Notes under the pieces: generated by a model
The model's database searches: none
The model's input: the letters and a program-made list of their open reading frames with translations, nothing else
What the model was told of the DNA's origin: nothing
Part shown: positions 1 through 13,830 of the stretch, piece by piece
How the letters are laid out: each line of letters opens with the position of its first letter
Position numbering within the stretch: the stretch's first letter is position 1
Source: Gordius albopunctatus
Lineage: Eukaryota
Reading direction: 5' to 3'
Length of the DNA stretch: 64,000 nucleotides
NCBI GenBank assembly: GCA_964276515.1
Contig: OZ193909.1
Span: 20,770,001-20,834,000, forward strand
Translations under genes and position numbers: made by a program

Positions 1-1411
1 CCATTTAGAACCCCCCTTTTAAATCAATAATAGTTAGGGAAAAAATGATTGTTTGCGAGCAATAACTAATTAATTTATGAGATTGTTGTGGGAAAAAAGA
101 ACGGGGTCACCATTTATAGTGAGAGGGGTTGGAATATAATTTATTGATGAGAAAAAGCAACACCGAATGGTGATACTATAAATGTCGAGTTTATATAGCA
201 TAGATAATGACAACATTCAAATGATGTGTGTGTATTCTTTCTATTTCTAACTTGTGCGTATTACAACCAAATCTCTTCCAAGGTAACTGTAATTTGTTTC
301 CTTACACTTATAATATAAATTAAAAATTTCTTACGCTGATCGATGTTTACAAATAAATAGATTGAAAATTGTAACTAAATTTATGGGGAATTTACAATAA
401 TTTTATTTAAACGTTAGCACTCAAACGGTTCAAATTGTAGTAAATTTATCTAAATGCTAATATCCTCTTAAATAGTATAATATGATATTTGTAATTTATA
501 TCAGATCTTATTATCGAATCGAAACAGATTCACAATATTCTCATTTATTCCGCCAAGTAAAAGCGTAAAGCACAAACTAGACAATTGACTTTGATATCCA
601 AATTTGCTAAAGATTTTAAAATTTATGGATTGTAACTGTAACTTAATTACAGTTACAATTCCTTTAGCAATTAAAGTAACTAATTACATTTATTTATTGT
701 GAAAAAGGGGACTAGTTCCAGTAACTATTTACATGTAGCTTGTTACTTAACAGCTCCACTATTAATAAACGTTATAACCACTTGATTTTCAATTTGCCGG
801 TATTGTCTGATTTTGTTTTAGGATAAGGCGCTCCATCACTTCTAGCAAATTATTGACAAGGCTCGCATGTAAAAAATCTTATTATTGTATTTCATAATTA
901 AAAATTATTTTTGCATACATTATATTTAAATTTGTGCTAATTTTGTATCTTTAACCATTATTTAACAGGTCAAAGAGTGACATAGCCACGAAATATTTAT
1001 TAGTAGTCTTATTATTTTAAGTTGTTTAGAATTTAAAATAAAATCCTCTTACTCACCATTACGTTAGTTAGGCTTGAAGTCTCAAATATTTTATTGTACT
1101 ATAAACCTAAATTCAAACTGAAATCCAATAAATCTATTATAATAAACAGACAATCAGGGTTTTTTATTAAAAAGATATGCGTCACAATTTATGAAATAAA
1201 TTTAAAACAACATGAATGGAAAAACATTGTTGACGTCTATATTGTAACTGGAATATGAATGCAAAACAATCAACATAATGATTATTGTATAATTATGGCT
1301 AAGTTACTGAAAAGAGTTCAAGTAAATAGTAGTTACAAGTATAAATATATCGATAAATTTTATATTTATAATAGGTGGGTTTTTTCTACATGATTTTCGG
1401 TTCTATAACAT

Positions 1412-3865
1412 ATGCTTCTATTTGGTCACGTTTTGTTTAAAGCAGCATTATTATTTACGACTACAACAGTGGAATTGCCAATATATCAATTTTCAATTTT
1501 TAATTTCGAAAGTAATGAACCATTCCTTCAAAGTTCCAACAACATTTCTTGCTCTACCCTATGCAAATGCTTGAAGGCTACCAAAAAAATCTTAATTCAA
1601 TGTAGAGGGGCAATCAAAGAAGATGAATTAACTAAAACAATTAGTACGATAACTACGACATACTTTGACGTCTCGGTACTTTGGTTAGATTTAATCAACA
1701 AACACGATTTTCCAGATCCTTTTCCTCAATTGAAATCTTTGTTGGCAATTAAACTAAAGGTTCCAAGATTAAAATTATCTCATACCGGCATTAAATTCAT
1801 CAATCGTGACACTTTTAATGGTATGACCGAAATCGAGGTTTTAGATCTATCGTACAATTTTTTATCGACGTTAGAAGGAAGCATATTTGAGGGATTGTAT
1901 ATGCTGATGGCTTTGAATCTTGAATTTAACAAAATTCTCAATTTTGACATCAGCATATTAAGTTCTAATCATGAATTGACAACTTTGGATATATCGAGTA
2001 ATAGTTTAGAGAGTGTGACCATGGATGACACTCAGATTAATCCAAATTTTAAAAGTCTCTCACTAGCGAACACCACTCTAAATAATGATAAATTGGAGGC
2101 TATCTACATATCATCTCACATAAATCGAATTTACTTAGATCACAATGAACTTACCATAGTACCTATTAAAGTGTTAGCTCGACTTAAAATTATACAAGAC
2201 ATCCGCCTCAATGACAATCCCTTGGCATGCGATTGCCGAAACGGGCAATTGTTTACATGGCTAAAAAACGTATTAGAACCAAATAAACAAAATAAGTCGT
2301 CGTCTATAGAAATTGTAGGAACTGAGGTGGTACCCTCAATTAAAGCCATTAAATGCCTTACCATTAAAAGCAAAAATTTACAAGTGACAAAGGCCGTGAC
2401 CGATATCACCTTGCAAGAAATACATCAATGGTGTCAAACGCGATGTCCAGTTAGACCGCCCTGCGTTTGCACGGATGTGGCTTCTTCTTTGTCTATAAAG
2501 TGCGTCTCCAGTACTTTTGAAATGTTAGACAAAACAGCCTTAAGTGGACATAATATAACCAGTCTTGACTTAAGCGACGTTATGTTTGAATACAACCGAC
2601 TACCTACCCCCTTTTTACCGAATGCTAGTATTAATATTTTGATAATTACGAGAGGTTATATAAAAGAACTCCAAGCAAATGCCTTTTCTGGTATAAGGCT
2701 CAAGGTGAATACCATAGCAATGGAAGAAAATGCTCTCACTGTGGTCAACGAAAAGGCTTTTTACAATATGTCGGCCTTAATGATGCTTAATCTAGCGAAC
2801 AACTTAATCGTTAAGTTGCCTTTAAATGTATTTTCGCAAAAGAACGTACCAAATTTACTAATCCTAGATTTGTCACACAACAACATTGTAGATTTGAGAA
2901 ATTTAAATCTCACACCTTCTTTAACTGATCTTTATCTACAATTTAATAAAATAAGATATGTAAATATTACGACATTTAAAAATTTGCAGAAGCTAGAAGT
3001 GCTCCTTTTATCTGGCAACAATATAGCATGTAATTGTGATACATTCTCCTTTTCGATTCACATCAATGAAATGATACAAAAATTCAGTTCTGAAAATTAC
3101 CGAGGCAACCTAACGCGTAATGACATCAAAGTGCTTACGTGTCAGCCGGAATCCCCAAACTCAAAAACTTTATACGTTTTATCCTTAGTTTCGACACCGG
3201 CCTACATGACTCAATGTTTTAATGAGACGACTGAAAGCCTTAGTATAGGAAATCTTACGGCTTCAAATCAAAGCACTGTTTTAGAAGGTTCAATTGGATC
3301 TGTTAAAAACAATGATGTTAAGCGTTTATTACCATTGGTCGTCAGCGCAATAATATTTGTGCTAGCTTTAATCTTAATCGGATGTGCTATCCTTTATCAT
3401 TATCATAGGAAGCATCGAGATCTTGTAAAACAAAGCAGTTCACCTCTATCAAATCAAGGTAATAACTACTTTTTAACTCCATTACTAATTTTACATATCC
3501 CTTACCAATTTTTATAGATACTTTATCGCACTTTGAAATACTAGATTCAACAATGTCTGATGGTTTAACCAAGGAAGACACTACTAATCAAAAGTATAAA
3601 TGATATACGACAAACGTCAAACTAATTTTTCCATTTTTATAGATCTTTGGAGAACGAAAATGAAGAAAGAAAGAAAGTAATAGAGCCAAGTGTAACCGTA
3701 TCAAGTCCTGCCCATGATATAGCTAATACTCTCATGGGAATATCTTTTATTCCACGCACACTACAAGAGTATGCAGACAAATATGCCGAACCACAAAAAG
3801 TTTATTTCGACTACACTAAATATGTCAATGACCCCAAAATTTATTTGGACACTTATAAAAAATAA
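1412..3865 (+). CDS. Leucine-rich-repeat single-pass transmembrane protein (~781 aa): two LRR blocks with cysteine caps and a short cytoplasmic tail without TIR
   Basis: Exons 1412-3458, 3518-3593 and 3643-3865 are joined by GT-AG introns (59 and 49 nt) that close in frame. The protein has LxxLxLxxN repeats, two LRRCT motifs (NPLACDC; NNIACNC), an internal LRRNT-like cap (CPVRPPCVC...IKC), and a TM segment LLPLVVSAIIFVLALILIGCAILY followed by basic HYHRKHR. The N-terminus is hydrophobic; an upstream exon is not excluded. Confidence 0.85.
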
Positions 3866-4017
3866 TAAAATCAGGTGTCATTGTAATTTATTTAGGTGTT
3901 ACTAAGTGAGAATGCTATTCTACCAATGTTACAATTAAATTTTTTTATAGTTAAAGTTAGTTTATTGATATATATCTAAACATAATATTAAATGGTACAA
4001 TTATATAATAATGATAT

Positions 4018-5750
4018 TTAAAAAAACATTATATGAGTAATGTCTTCATCTTCCTCTTTTAGAAGCGGCCAGGAATCCAAAAAAGATTTGAAATTAAATT
4101 TTGCAATTAAGATAGCTATTGATTGTTTTAATAAAAATGCAGGGGAATATTTGAAGGGAGGGGATCGCCTGCCTATTTCTTTGGATAAAGCCAACGCCTT
4201 TTTTCCATAGAATCCTGAACAGGAGGAAACCATTGGGATAAAGTTACTAGAGTCCAAAAGGGCCTTGTATTTTTGGAGCTTGCGTTCTTCAGCGAGGGCC
4301 ATTTAAGATTAGAGGGGGCAAATAGGTCTATGCACGTAAAATCCCACTTTAAAAGGAGACTATTTTCCCATGGGACTAGTGATGAACCTTCAGGACGCAT
4401 TCGACCTTCAATGGCAGGATCTGAAAGTTTAGAATTGATTTTAGAGTGTCGCAAGTGTCTAAATTTATTTAGTGTGCAGTGTAACGGGTGGCGTGCTTCT
4501 TCATCCACTGCCAGATTGCAATTTTTAGAGGCATATGCCTTGGTGTATTTTAGTCCAAGGCATAGTGCTATATTGTAGGATAGCTCGCAATCCTCTAACA
4601 TCATATTGGAGAACTTGCTAGGAAATGCCTCTAGCCATTCATGTCAGATTTATCAAACACTAAAGCTCTAGGGTTGCAATGTTGTTTGCTGTCGCAGCTC
4701 GAAAGGAGATAAGCAACGGAGCACGAAACCAAACATGCATCCCCCTAATCCTTTGGAATTGGTGTTTGTGGTGGTGAGCTTTCTGTTAAAACATTTAAAT
4801 TCCAAAGGGAGAGGGCCTGTGTAAATGTTTCATCGAGGGAGTATGAGATTTGTTTGGCGACGATGGATTTTGAGGATAAGTGGGAGGATATAAATGAGGC
4901 CAAGGATAAGGAGCTTGGCGAACGAATACCCATACCCCCAGATTTTGTTGGTAATGTGGCTTGTAGCCAGGTGTTAGTATCAAATGATAAGTTCAGGGTG
5001 GATTCGATTACAGATTTTATGTGGGCTTCGAAATTATGTAAAATATGTGTATGCCAAAATTAGCCTGTGTATCGGAAGCAAAATAATATTTTGGCTATAT
5101 TGAAGGTATTTTTCAATATGTAAAATGTGTGATGGGCGGGCATAAGCTTAAAAATTTCTACATTTTAAATTTTTATGGTTATTATCGAGATAACTTCTTA
5201 AGCATTCAGGACCGCCTATTGGAAAACCTAGTAAAAATACCTCGTCCTCCTCAAGGCGTAGAAAAGATGCAAAGGATGGGTGGATGTCAGTTGTGCTGTT
5301 GGAATAAATTTCGCATTTTGTCGCGTTTAATGATAGGTTAAGTTTTATGTAATAGTATTCATTAATGATGTTAAGAGCTTTGATTAGCTCTTCCGTGGTG
5401 CCTGATAGGGTGGCATCGTCGAGACACCATACGTTCAATCTCAAATTGCATTTGTCGTTGATTTTATCTATTAATGGTTTGATGGCCATACAAAATAAGG
5501 GGGACCAAGGGGGTCCCCCTGTTGAATGCCCTCAGCTGAATCATATAAAAATGTCCAAATTTTTAAATAAATGGGTGCCATAACTTAAAGGAATATAGTT
5601 GGCATATTGGGGAAAAGCATCGATGAAAGTGTTAATAAAGGAATTTCGATTTAGGTTGTTAAATTTGAAAGACAAGATAATTACATAGTCGAAATTGTTG
5701 TAGCATTTATATGATTTTATTATTTTTCCCACACTTTTTTCAACTCTCTA
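4018..5750 (-). mobile_element. Decayed CRE-clade non-LTR retrotransposon (RT plus restriction-like endonuclease)
   Basis: Frameshifted fragments include RT motifs (GPPWSPLFCMAI...NVWCLDDATL), GIRSP, a zinc knuckle (RHPLHC...RHSKIN) and the endonuclease motif RPEGSSLVPW...WDFTCIDLFAPSN...EERKLQKY, which is typical of animal CRE elements. Confidence 0.8.
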
Positions 5751-7367
5751 AAATAATTAAAAATGCTAACGGTCATTTTAAAATATCTTTTTCATCTGCT
5801 TTCTATTGTAATATTGAATTAGAATAAGCACTGAAATACCTACTGTTTTGTCAGCGTTGAAGACTTAAGCCACATTTATTAGAATTTGAGTCAATTGATT
5901 AAAAGATAACTGATTACAGTTCCAGTTACAACCAGTTACATTTAAGGTTACTCAGTTAATTTTATCCGCGTGATTTATTCAAATTAAGGTATAACTCAAG
6001 AGGCTTATATGGTAAATCGATTTCAATAAGCTATTGTCATCTAAGAAACTAGTTTTCACTTATTATTAATTTAAGTCTTCCAGATTTGTGGTTAAAGGTA
6101 CAAAAAATGGCATTTTAAATTTTTTGAGGCTTTATTCTCACGCCATTTTAATTTATTTTTAATGATAAGTCTAAAATCTCTTAAATAATTTATTAATCTA
6201 GAGGCTCAATTTTACTAACCCATCACTTTCTCCCTATCGAATGTAGTATAACAAAGGGCAGCCGAGTTAAATTCAAAGTTCAATTTTTGCTATTTTCAGG
6301 CTTTATGTTGTTTGTTTTTAATTTTAGACTAGAATTTTAGTTATTTTAAATATTCGCTGGCAAAGTTGCCAAAAACGCGATTTTAGCGTTTTTCAAACGT
6401 AAATAACTTGCAAATTAGTCGGTAAAAATTTAATTTAATAGATTTAATACGTAGATATATGAGAGAGGAATGTATTTACAATTTTTTTATCGTAGCACTT
6501 TTACTTTTTAAATTATATACAAATTAATTATCCCTACTATCTTTTACATTGACAAATTACACCAGACTTGAGGGCGCCCTCTCTTCTCTTCAACACTAGG
6601 AATTAAGTGCGTGTTGTTGTTTTGGTAATAGTAGTAGTACACCAGCCCTCATATCTAGCCAAGCACACAAAAAGGGGGCGGGATTGAAAAAGATGGAGAG
6701 AGAGCAAGTAAAGGGAGAGAGTAATATGTAAACATCGCATGTAATATGTACTCTAATCCAATGTACTCTGTTTTCCTAGATATAGTGGGGGGGGGGGTTT
6801 TATTGCCGGAATGGGGTTCAGATACAGTCGGATAAAACTAAAAGTAACGGTGAAACATGAAAAACAAAATTATGATCCTCGAGAGCAAAAAATCGTCTAC
6901 AGGATTTATAACTAATTTTAAAAACAAGTTTAAAATGGGGTGTAAATATAGTCTTAAAAATAAAGCTATTATCTTTAACCTCATTCATCACAAAATCTGG
7001 ACAGATAGGGAAGAAACAAAAAACATATTATTAATTATTTGTCAGATCACGTGATGTAATCACAAAATCAATTTGTATACCTGTGATATTAGTCTCTATT
7101 TGATGTGTTACTAAACAAGAAACATTACCTAATCCCCTATTTTTGATCAAAATCTATGCTTTATTCATTTTGAGAAGCCATTCAATGCACCCGTCATAAA
7201 TGAGCATAATTTAAAATATAAGCGGTAGGTAAATTTTTTGTTATCAGTGCAATAAGGTTATATGAGATACAATAATATTTGATTTTACTATTTTAATTCA
7301 TCTACATTAGTTTCTATAGAATACAAGGATAAAGGTAGGGACTATACCTAAATTTTAATACGTAGTA

Positions 7368-10300
7368 TTAATACTTATTCAAGAAGAAATAAATAAATAA
7401 TCCACTCCCAAACATTATTGTGGCACCAACTTGAATGATGTAGGTATATGGATAAGGCAATGAAATTTGTTTGACATAAACCTAAATTTATATCAACGCC
7501 AATATCTTATGATAAGTTACCGTGTAACTAGTTTTCAAATTACAGAATGACATCCCTTCGAGAATTTTGAAGTTGAAATGATACAGACCTGATCCCTAAT
7601 TAAAAACAGTTTAAAAATTAGATCGTTTTGCATATTTGATACTTTGAAAGTGAGCATGATGTTTTCAAAGTTAATAATATTGGTATCCGGGAACACCGAG
7701 GAGGCATTAGGAGTAAGGGTCGTGTTCGAGGCTATATTTGTTTATTTGAAAATAATATAGTATTATGCCAAGACTAAAAATACAATAGATTGGCCATGAA
7801 CTTAAGCCGCCATTTTGGGTCAAGTTTTTATTACATGCGAACTTGTGCAGTTAGAATTTGCAAAATAATCAATTAAGTATTATCTTACCCATGTTAGTTA
7901 GTTAAACATTTGATAATTTAGATATATCAAAAATTGCGCATGGTTCGTTATTATACATCTCAAACATGGCTGCCTACACCCTGCCTTACTCAATAATTAT
8001 CAGCTATTCGCCAATCTATTGTATCATTAGTCAATGGTCATAATAAACTTTTATGAAGATATACGTGTTATAGTGTAATCAGTCCTTCCATTAATTTCCA
8101 CAACAACGCCGTAAAGCATTTGATTAAGACCAACATTTCTAGGCCGATGTCGTCTTACTACAAAACCCAAATATATCGTAGTTGTCTGTATCAGTGCATC
8201 AACCTTTTTAATACAATGAAAAATTATTAAAATCAAAAACAAAAATAATTATTAACAAAGTTTTTACAAGACATCAGATAGATTATTTATACAAGATTTA
8301 AACATGTGTATTCTAACTTCGCTAATACACGGAATATAATTAATGCTCCATGGATCTAATTTGTCGCAATAAGCATGTTTTTCCTAACATAATATATACA
8401 ATATTATATAACTGAGTCATCAAAAACAATAATACTAACCGTAATATTAAAGAATACTTTGTTATATACATTGAAGGTAGATGGAACTGATATGCCATAA
8501 TTTGAAGGTGGTTTATAGTTAGGCTAAATAGATCAGAAGAATAATTAAAAACAAGAAACTAATTTTAATTCTAATAATAATAAAAACTTTTTAATCAACC
8601 TACTTTTAAAATATATTTTGCTGGTACAAAATTAGTCCAGCCATTTTTAATTCCTGGTTCGTATTTTTGAATGCTTAATATTTCCAAATATTTGGCATGA
8701 TCAAGTGTTGGACAAGTCAGAAAAAGTCGTACAACTTGACTCACTTTGTGACATTTCAACGAAGAATCAGGGATATATATGAATAGGACGACAACGCCCT
8801 AAGCATAAGAAATATTATAAACATAATATATTATTTAAAAACTGAGTTATATGTACTAGTCAATATAATGACACTGCCTTCTACCCGTCGATAAATTTTA
8901 TTAGATTTGATTTAGTTATGCTTTTCATAGCTATCTAAATATTAAGGAATACTATCTTTATAAATTACAAGTTTTTTATATTAAAAATCAGGAGATACCA
9001 TTTTTCTCATATTGGGTTCGAGGCATATTTTGAGCGTCTCACGGTTTGTTTCCGGATCTCGGGTCCACATCTTTTCAATAGCCACTAACTCTCGATTTTT
9101 TATAAGCCAATGCATAGTTCTAACTTTGAAAACTTCTACACCATAAAAATACATTTTATTTTTATAATATTTAAATGTGCCTTTTTTTGAATAAATTCAT
9201 CGTTCACCTGTAATGTTAGATGTGGAATAAAATGTGAAACATATTTTTTCGTGCAAGCCTAATATATAAGAGTCGCTATAGGTATCATCGGTATCAAGAG
9301 CGTGGTTACATCGCGACTCCAATAGTTTCCAATGTATAAGTGTCGACTATATAAAAACACATTTTGATTTTATACTTATTGTATTACAAGATCGACTGTA
9401 TACTGTTTATAGCTTAGCAACTATAGTTTGCCATTAATATTTTAAATCTTATGGCGCGTGTATACAGTATTTTGGAAAATACTATTGCTATTAAGATAAA
9501 TCTATGGCACCGTTAAAGCTCAAGTATAACGCGCATCATTTTTCACACCCTTGGTTACGGACAAAATAAATAAATGAGCGCAGCTTTATTCACACCCATT
9601 GTTACACGATTTAAATGCAAAGTATATTTGAATATGGAAATTTTAATACTTAAAATTATTTCTTACTACAAAATATATATAAGGCTTTATATTTAGCTGT
9701 AAGTATGCTTTCCATCCTAAAAACTTTATAATTCTTAAAATTTTTGGTAGAATACTTTAAAGAGATATACATCATTAGCATTGGGCACTTTATTGAATCC
9801 AAAATTTATTGTACTCCATTCTCCGGATGGAATCTCTAAGTATTGGTTCGAATTGTAAAGCGATTGAGGATGTGGTGTGATGCAGGTCACTTTGGTGGAT
9901 GTCAACCGATTTGTGATCAAGCAATTTATGTTGGGATTGATAGTAAGTGTACTGCCAATGTCATCATCATTCCATCCTTTAATTATTATAAACAAAAAAA
10001 AATCTTATTCCTTTTTACATAAAATTGTGAAATATATAGGCAGGACCATAGACTAATAAGACTATACACTGCCGAACAGCTGATAATTTTCCAGGAAATA
10101 TAGCAAGCGACATATTGCGGGAAATTGCAACCAAACAATAGAATTCAGCATAATTTATTGTTCTAATTTACTTATTTTCTTTAATTTATAAATTAAGCTA
10201 TTTGTGTTATTTATTTTCTACGATATTTTATCGTGGAGAAGTATAAATATACCTATTTTTGAGTTTTTCCTACAATATGACAGCTATTTTAGTGTCTGAA

Positions 10301-13300
10301 TGATTTTAATAGTAAAAATCAGCTGTTCGGCAGTCTATAGTTTTATTAGTCTATGAACAGGACTTAACAAGACAAAATATTCTTTACCAGGAGTGAGCCC
10401 ATAAATTGCTGAGTTATTAATATAATACGTGCCTAAATGGCTAGCATGTATTTGGTACACATATTATTTTGGGATACACTTGGGGTACATTTAATTAAAT
10501 CTTAAATAGAATAAATTAGAGTTTGCCCTACATAATTAAGAAACTTTGTTATAAGTTACCTTTAACTTTGTCCACGCCTCCGATGTCAGGTGATATTGAT
10601 AATGTAACATTGTAAGATCTAATAGTCTTTGACAGATTAATGCTATGTTTAAATTTGTCATCCGTTGAAATATTTCCACCTTTTGGTGCCTCTACAACGA
10701 TTCCCTTTAATATTGTATCAAAGGGTGATGTACTGTTAGCAATACTAACTCCCGTTATCAGAACCGTAAATCTTCTTGAATCCCTGCTTCAATACATCTA
10801 TTCTTAAAAATCATTCATATGTGGTGCAATATAGTTAATTTGTAAGAATTACACAAACTAACATTTACTTTATATCCTTGGGTGGGTGTAGCGTTATAAT
10901 GCGATTGACAAATTGTGATATATCGGGATAATCAATATTACTCGAATGCGCCTTATAACCGTACAAATATATCAAAGAACTCGATGTCATTTGGATCATG
11001 AAAGCTAGGTTTGGAATGATAATTGACTTGTCAACCTTTTTAGCCACAAGTATAGAATTATAGGTGGAATATAATTTAAAATGTAAATACCAATAAATGT
11101 TCTTCATATAATTTCCCAATCATTATACGATTAATTTTAAAAATGTCATTATTTTTGGTAATTTGGTTATGGTAGAGATTACGAAATAAGTTAATGGCTA
11201 AAGCACAATACTCTTTCTCACAAGCTGGTATTTTATTACTTTCCAACATGATTATCCTTTTGACTCCTAAGCATGTATAATAAATTATGATTTTACATAG
11301 ATCACCTCTTCTCATAAGAATAACGCTATTGAACTCATGATTTAAAATGTAGACGCCATCAATATCACTCATAATGGATGTGCGGGCGTCGGTCTTGCGA
11401 ACATTTAAAGACTGGTTTATGTTTATTAGACTGGACAAAGTATCGAATGTGGTACCACCATCTATCGAATACAATATGCGCCATGGTAGGTTAGAATCGT
11501 ATATATAAATTTCTTCGGTGAAAGAATTTACGTATATCTTATCAAAATCGCCTTTTTCTAAAATTGCGTAATCAGATCTGTGAGGGATCAGCTTGGTTTT
11601 ACCAGGTAAGGATATATCATTAACAAATTTGACTGTTTTAAAAAAGTAGGAACTGACTCGGCTAGCTTTAATTTCCTAGAAACCACATGCAAACAAAATG
11701 ATATATATTACTCATTAGGATTGACATATTATTTATAAGTTTGCTCTGTACACGATGATTTAATCAAATTTATACCTTGTTAATTTGATACAGAATAAAT
11801 ATGTGACCATTCAAAGGTGATGATTTCACGTCTTTAACAATAATACTACTAGACTCTTTAGATGTTTCAAGCGTGAGTTTAGCTTTTACAATAATAATTT
11901 TAGGAGGGTCTAGTATATTTCTGGTGCTTAAATCCACCCCAATTCTCCATACTTCCAATAAATATTTTAAGGCATTTTTTCCATCGGTCAGTTGGCATTG
12001 GATAAAAATATCTCCAAAATAATCAACGGACTCGGGGATGCATCCCTGTGGTTTTGTAAATCTACATTTCTAAATATAAAAAGATTTTTGGAATTGTCTT
12101 CATAAAATTCTTTATGGCAGCCGCCTTTTATTAGCACGGATAAGTATATATCACTATGTCCTATATACGCTAAAATTAATCAAAATATAAAAAGGGTTTG
12201 CAGGATTCAGACTTTGCTCACTAAAAAACTGATTAAGCCTCTGTCTGGAAAAAGGACCTAGTTACTTTCCCTTTTTCAAATTGTATATATACATAGTTGG
12301 ATGTGACTAGTTTAATTGATCACTTAATATATTTTTAATAAAGTTAGGGTCTTCTGCTTATATAATGTAAATTTTGAACATTGTAAAGAATAAATAATTA
12401 CATTGTGAGGAATATTATCGATTTCCATATTGTTAAATTTAACGAAGGGATTCGTATAATTTAATCTGCTTTGATACACACCACATGTAGTTAGTAGAAA
12501 TAAATTTGATCCACTGATTATACCATCTATAACCATCAATTCGCATTTTTCGATTTCTAATAGTATATGCTGCTTATATATTAGTGATTTAACACAAATA
12601 TTTTATTTATACACTGCAATATTTGTCCTTACTAAGTTGGGTAGTGGCATCGAACCACATGTTTGTATAAGGGGCTAAGTTAGCAGGCGAGACTGCGATT
12701 ATCACTAGATCTAAAATATTAGTAAAATTAGTAACGTTTTATAAACGATAATTCAAATGTTTTAATTTACACCTACAACATCATTTCATTATTATACCTT
12801 CCAACATTTAACACAAAGTAATTAATAATTTAGGTTAACACGATATATTAATTAAGCAAACCCTAAGCCACCACCTCCCCTATAAACATATATTTAAAAT
12901 TTGGTTAGTAAATTGCGTAGCAAGTTAAATTAACGCTTCTTTAAAAAGTATAGAAGCGTAACAAGAAACAGAAGGAGGAGGTTGATTGAGGCACGGCTTC
13001 CAAAGATGTTAACTGACCGCGGTTCATAAAAATGGAAAATATTCATATCATCGAGTTTTTAGCTATATCCGAAGAAATTTAGTTTATAGACGTAGCTTAA
13101 TACCCATCTGTTTTTTGTGATAACGTTACAACCCAATTTTTGTTTCCTATAGAAGTAGAAATTTAATTTGCCATGCAAGTCTTGGGAAGTGGTAGGAGAC
13201 ATTTATCCTTAAATGGTAAGAAAGAAGACAGGGGGGCTACTTCTACGTCTTTTACGACAGCGGAATATAAACATGAAAATGTACGGACAACATTATTTGT

Positions 13301-13830
13301 AGTTTCTATGCTTTGTTTCACGATTATTAATATTGCTTGTTTACTATAATGATTATAAAATTGAGTAGCTCGAGTTTATATAGTGGCAACATATTTAATT
13401 CTTAAGTAGTGTGGGTGGGGCCTAGAAATTTATATAAGCAAACATAGAAGCTCATCAAAGACATTGACCATTACACATACATAACTGATAATTTTAAAAA
13501 TATTCTATTTGACGATACCGGGAATCCATGTCGTAACTATTACCACATTGTCGGCGATGCAGTCATCGCGAAACATTTTAAACTTTATAAGATCAGGCTT
13601 CAAATTGCTCTTCGTTTTAATTTTGATAAAATCTTGGCCTATCAATTTTAATTAACAGGATGTTTGTTCATTAAGCATTGGTTTAATTATACCCGCAAAA
13701 TTTGAATCAACAAACAGAATTAAACCATTAGATACATTATATTCTTGCCCGGTTGTTATGTTCATAAACACTTTGTAGTATTTGCGATCTGTTATTAGTA
13801 GGTAAATGTATATCAAAAAAGAAGCATACT
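7368..13830 (-). CDS. CATSPERB: CatSper auxiliary subunit beta homologue (multi-exon; 5' end approximate)
   Basis: Seven consecutive 3' exons close in frame with GT-AG: 8798-8604, 8523-8440, 8383-8318, 8203-8065, 7731-7643, 7595-7521, 7481-7368. They translate to ...YILKPNYKPPSNYGISVPSTFNVYNK...CISEVD...LYGVVVEINGRTDY...IINFENIMLTFKGSGLYHFNFKILEGMSFCNLKTSYTVYVKQISLPYPYTYIIQVGATIMFGSGLFIYFFLNKY*. This matches the recalled mammalian CATSPERB C-terminus (NYRPPSxxGIxIP; GSxLFHFRVxxxxGVTFCNL; YVxxxPLPFP plus TM). An upstream SIDGGTTF Asp-box-like motif lies at ~11450-11471. Further exons are at ~9000-9130, 9760-9980, 10390-12710 and 12900-13830. Confidence 0.8.
7768..8037. mobile_element. MITE in a CATSPERB intron
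   Basis: Imperfect ~27-bp terminal inverted repeats: ccaagactaaaaatacaatagattggc / gccaatctattgtatcattagtcaatgg. Confidence 0.6.
10047..10355. mobile_element. MITE (CATAGA termini; P- or hAT-type) in a CATSPERB intron
   Basis: ~40-bp TIR: catagactaataagactatacactgccgaacagctgat / atcagctgttcggcagtctatagttttattagtctatg. The flanking 8-mers ggcaggac / aacaggac match 6/8. Related to the 7768 element. Confidence 0.75.

Noticed and set aside
200..283. Upstream coding exon for the LRR gene (donor aag|GTAACT at 283)
   Set aside because: No in-frame ATG reaches the donor without a stop; at most a 5' UTR exon.
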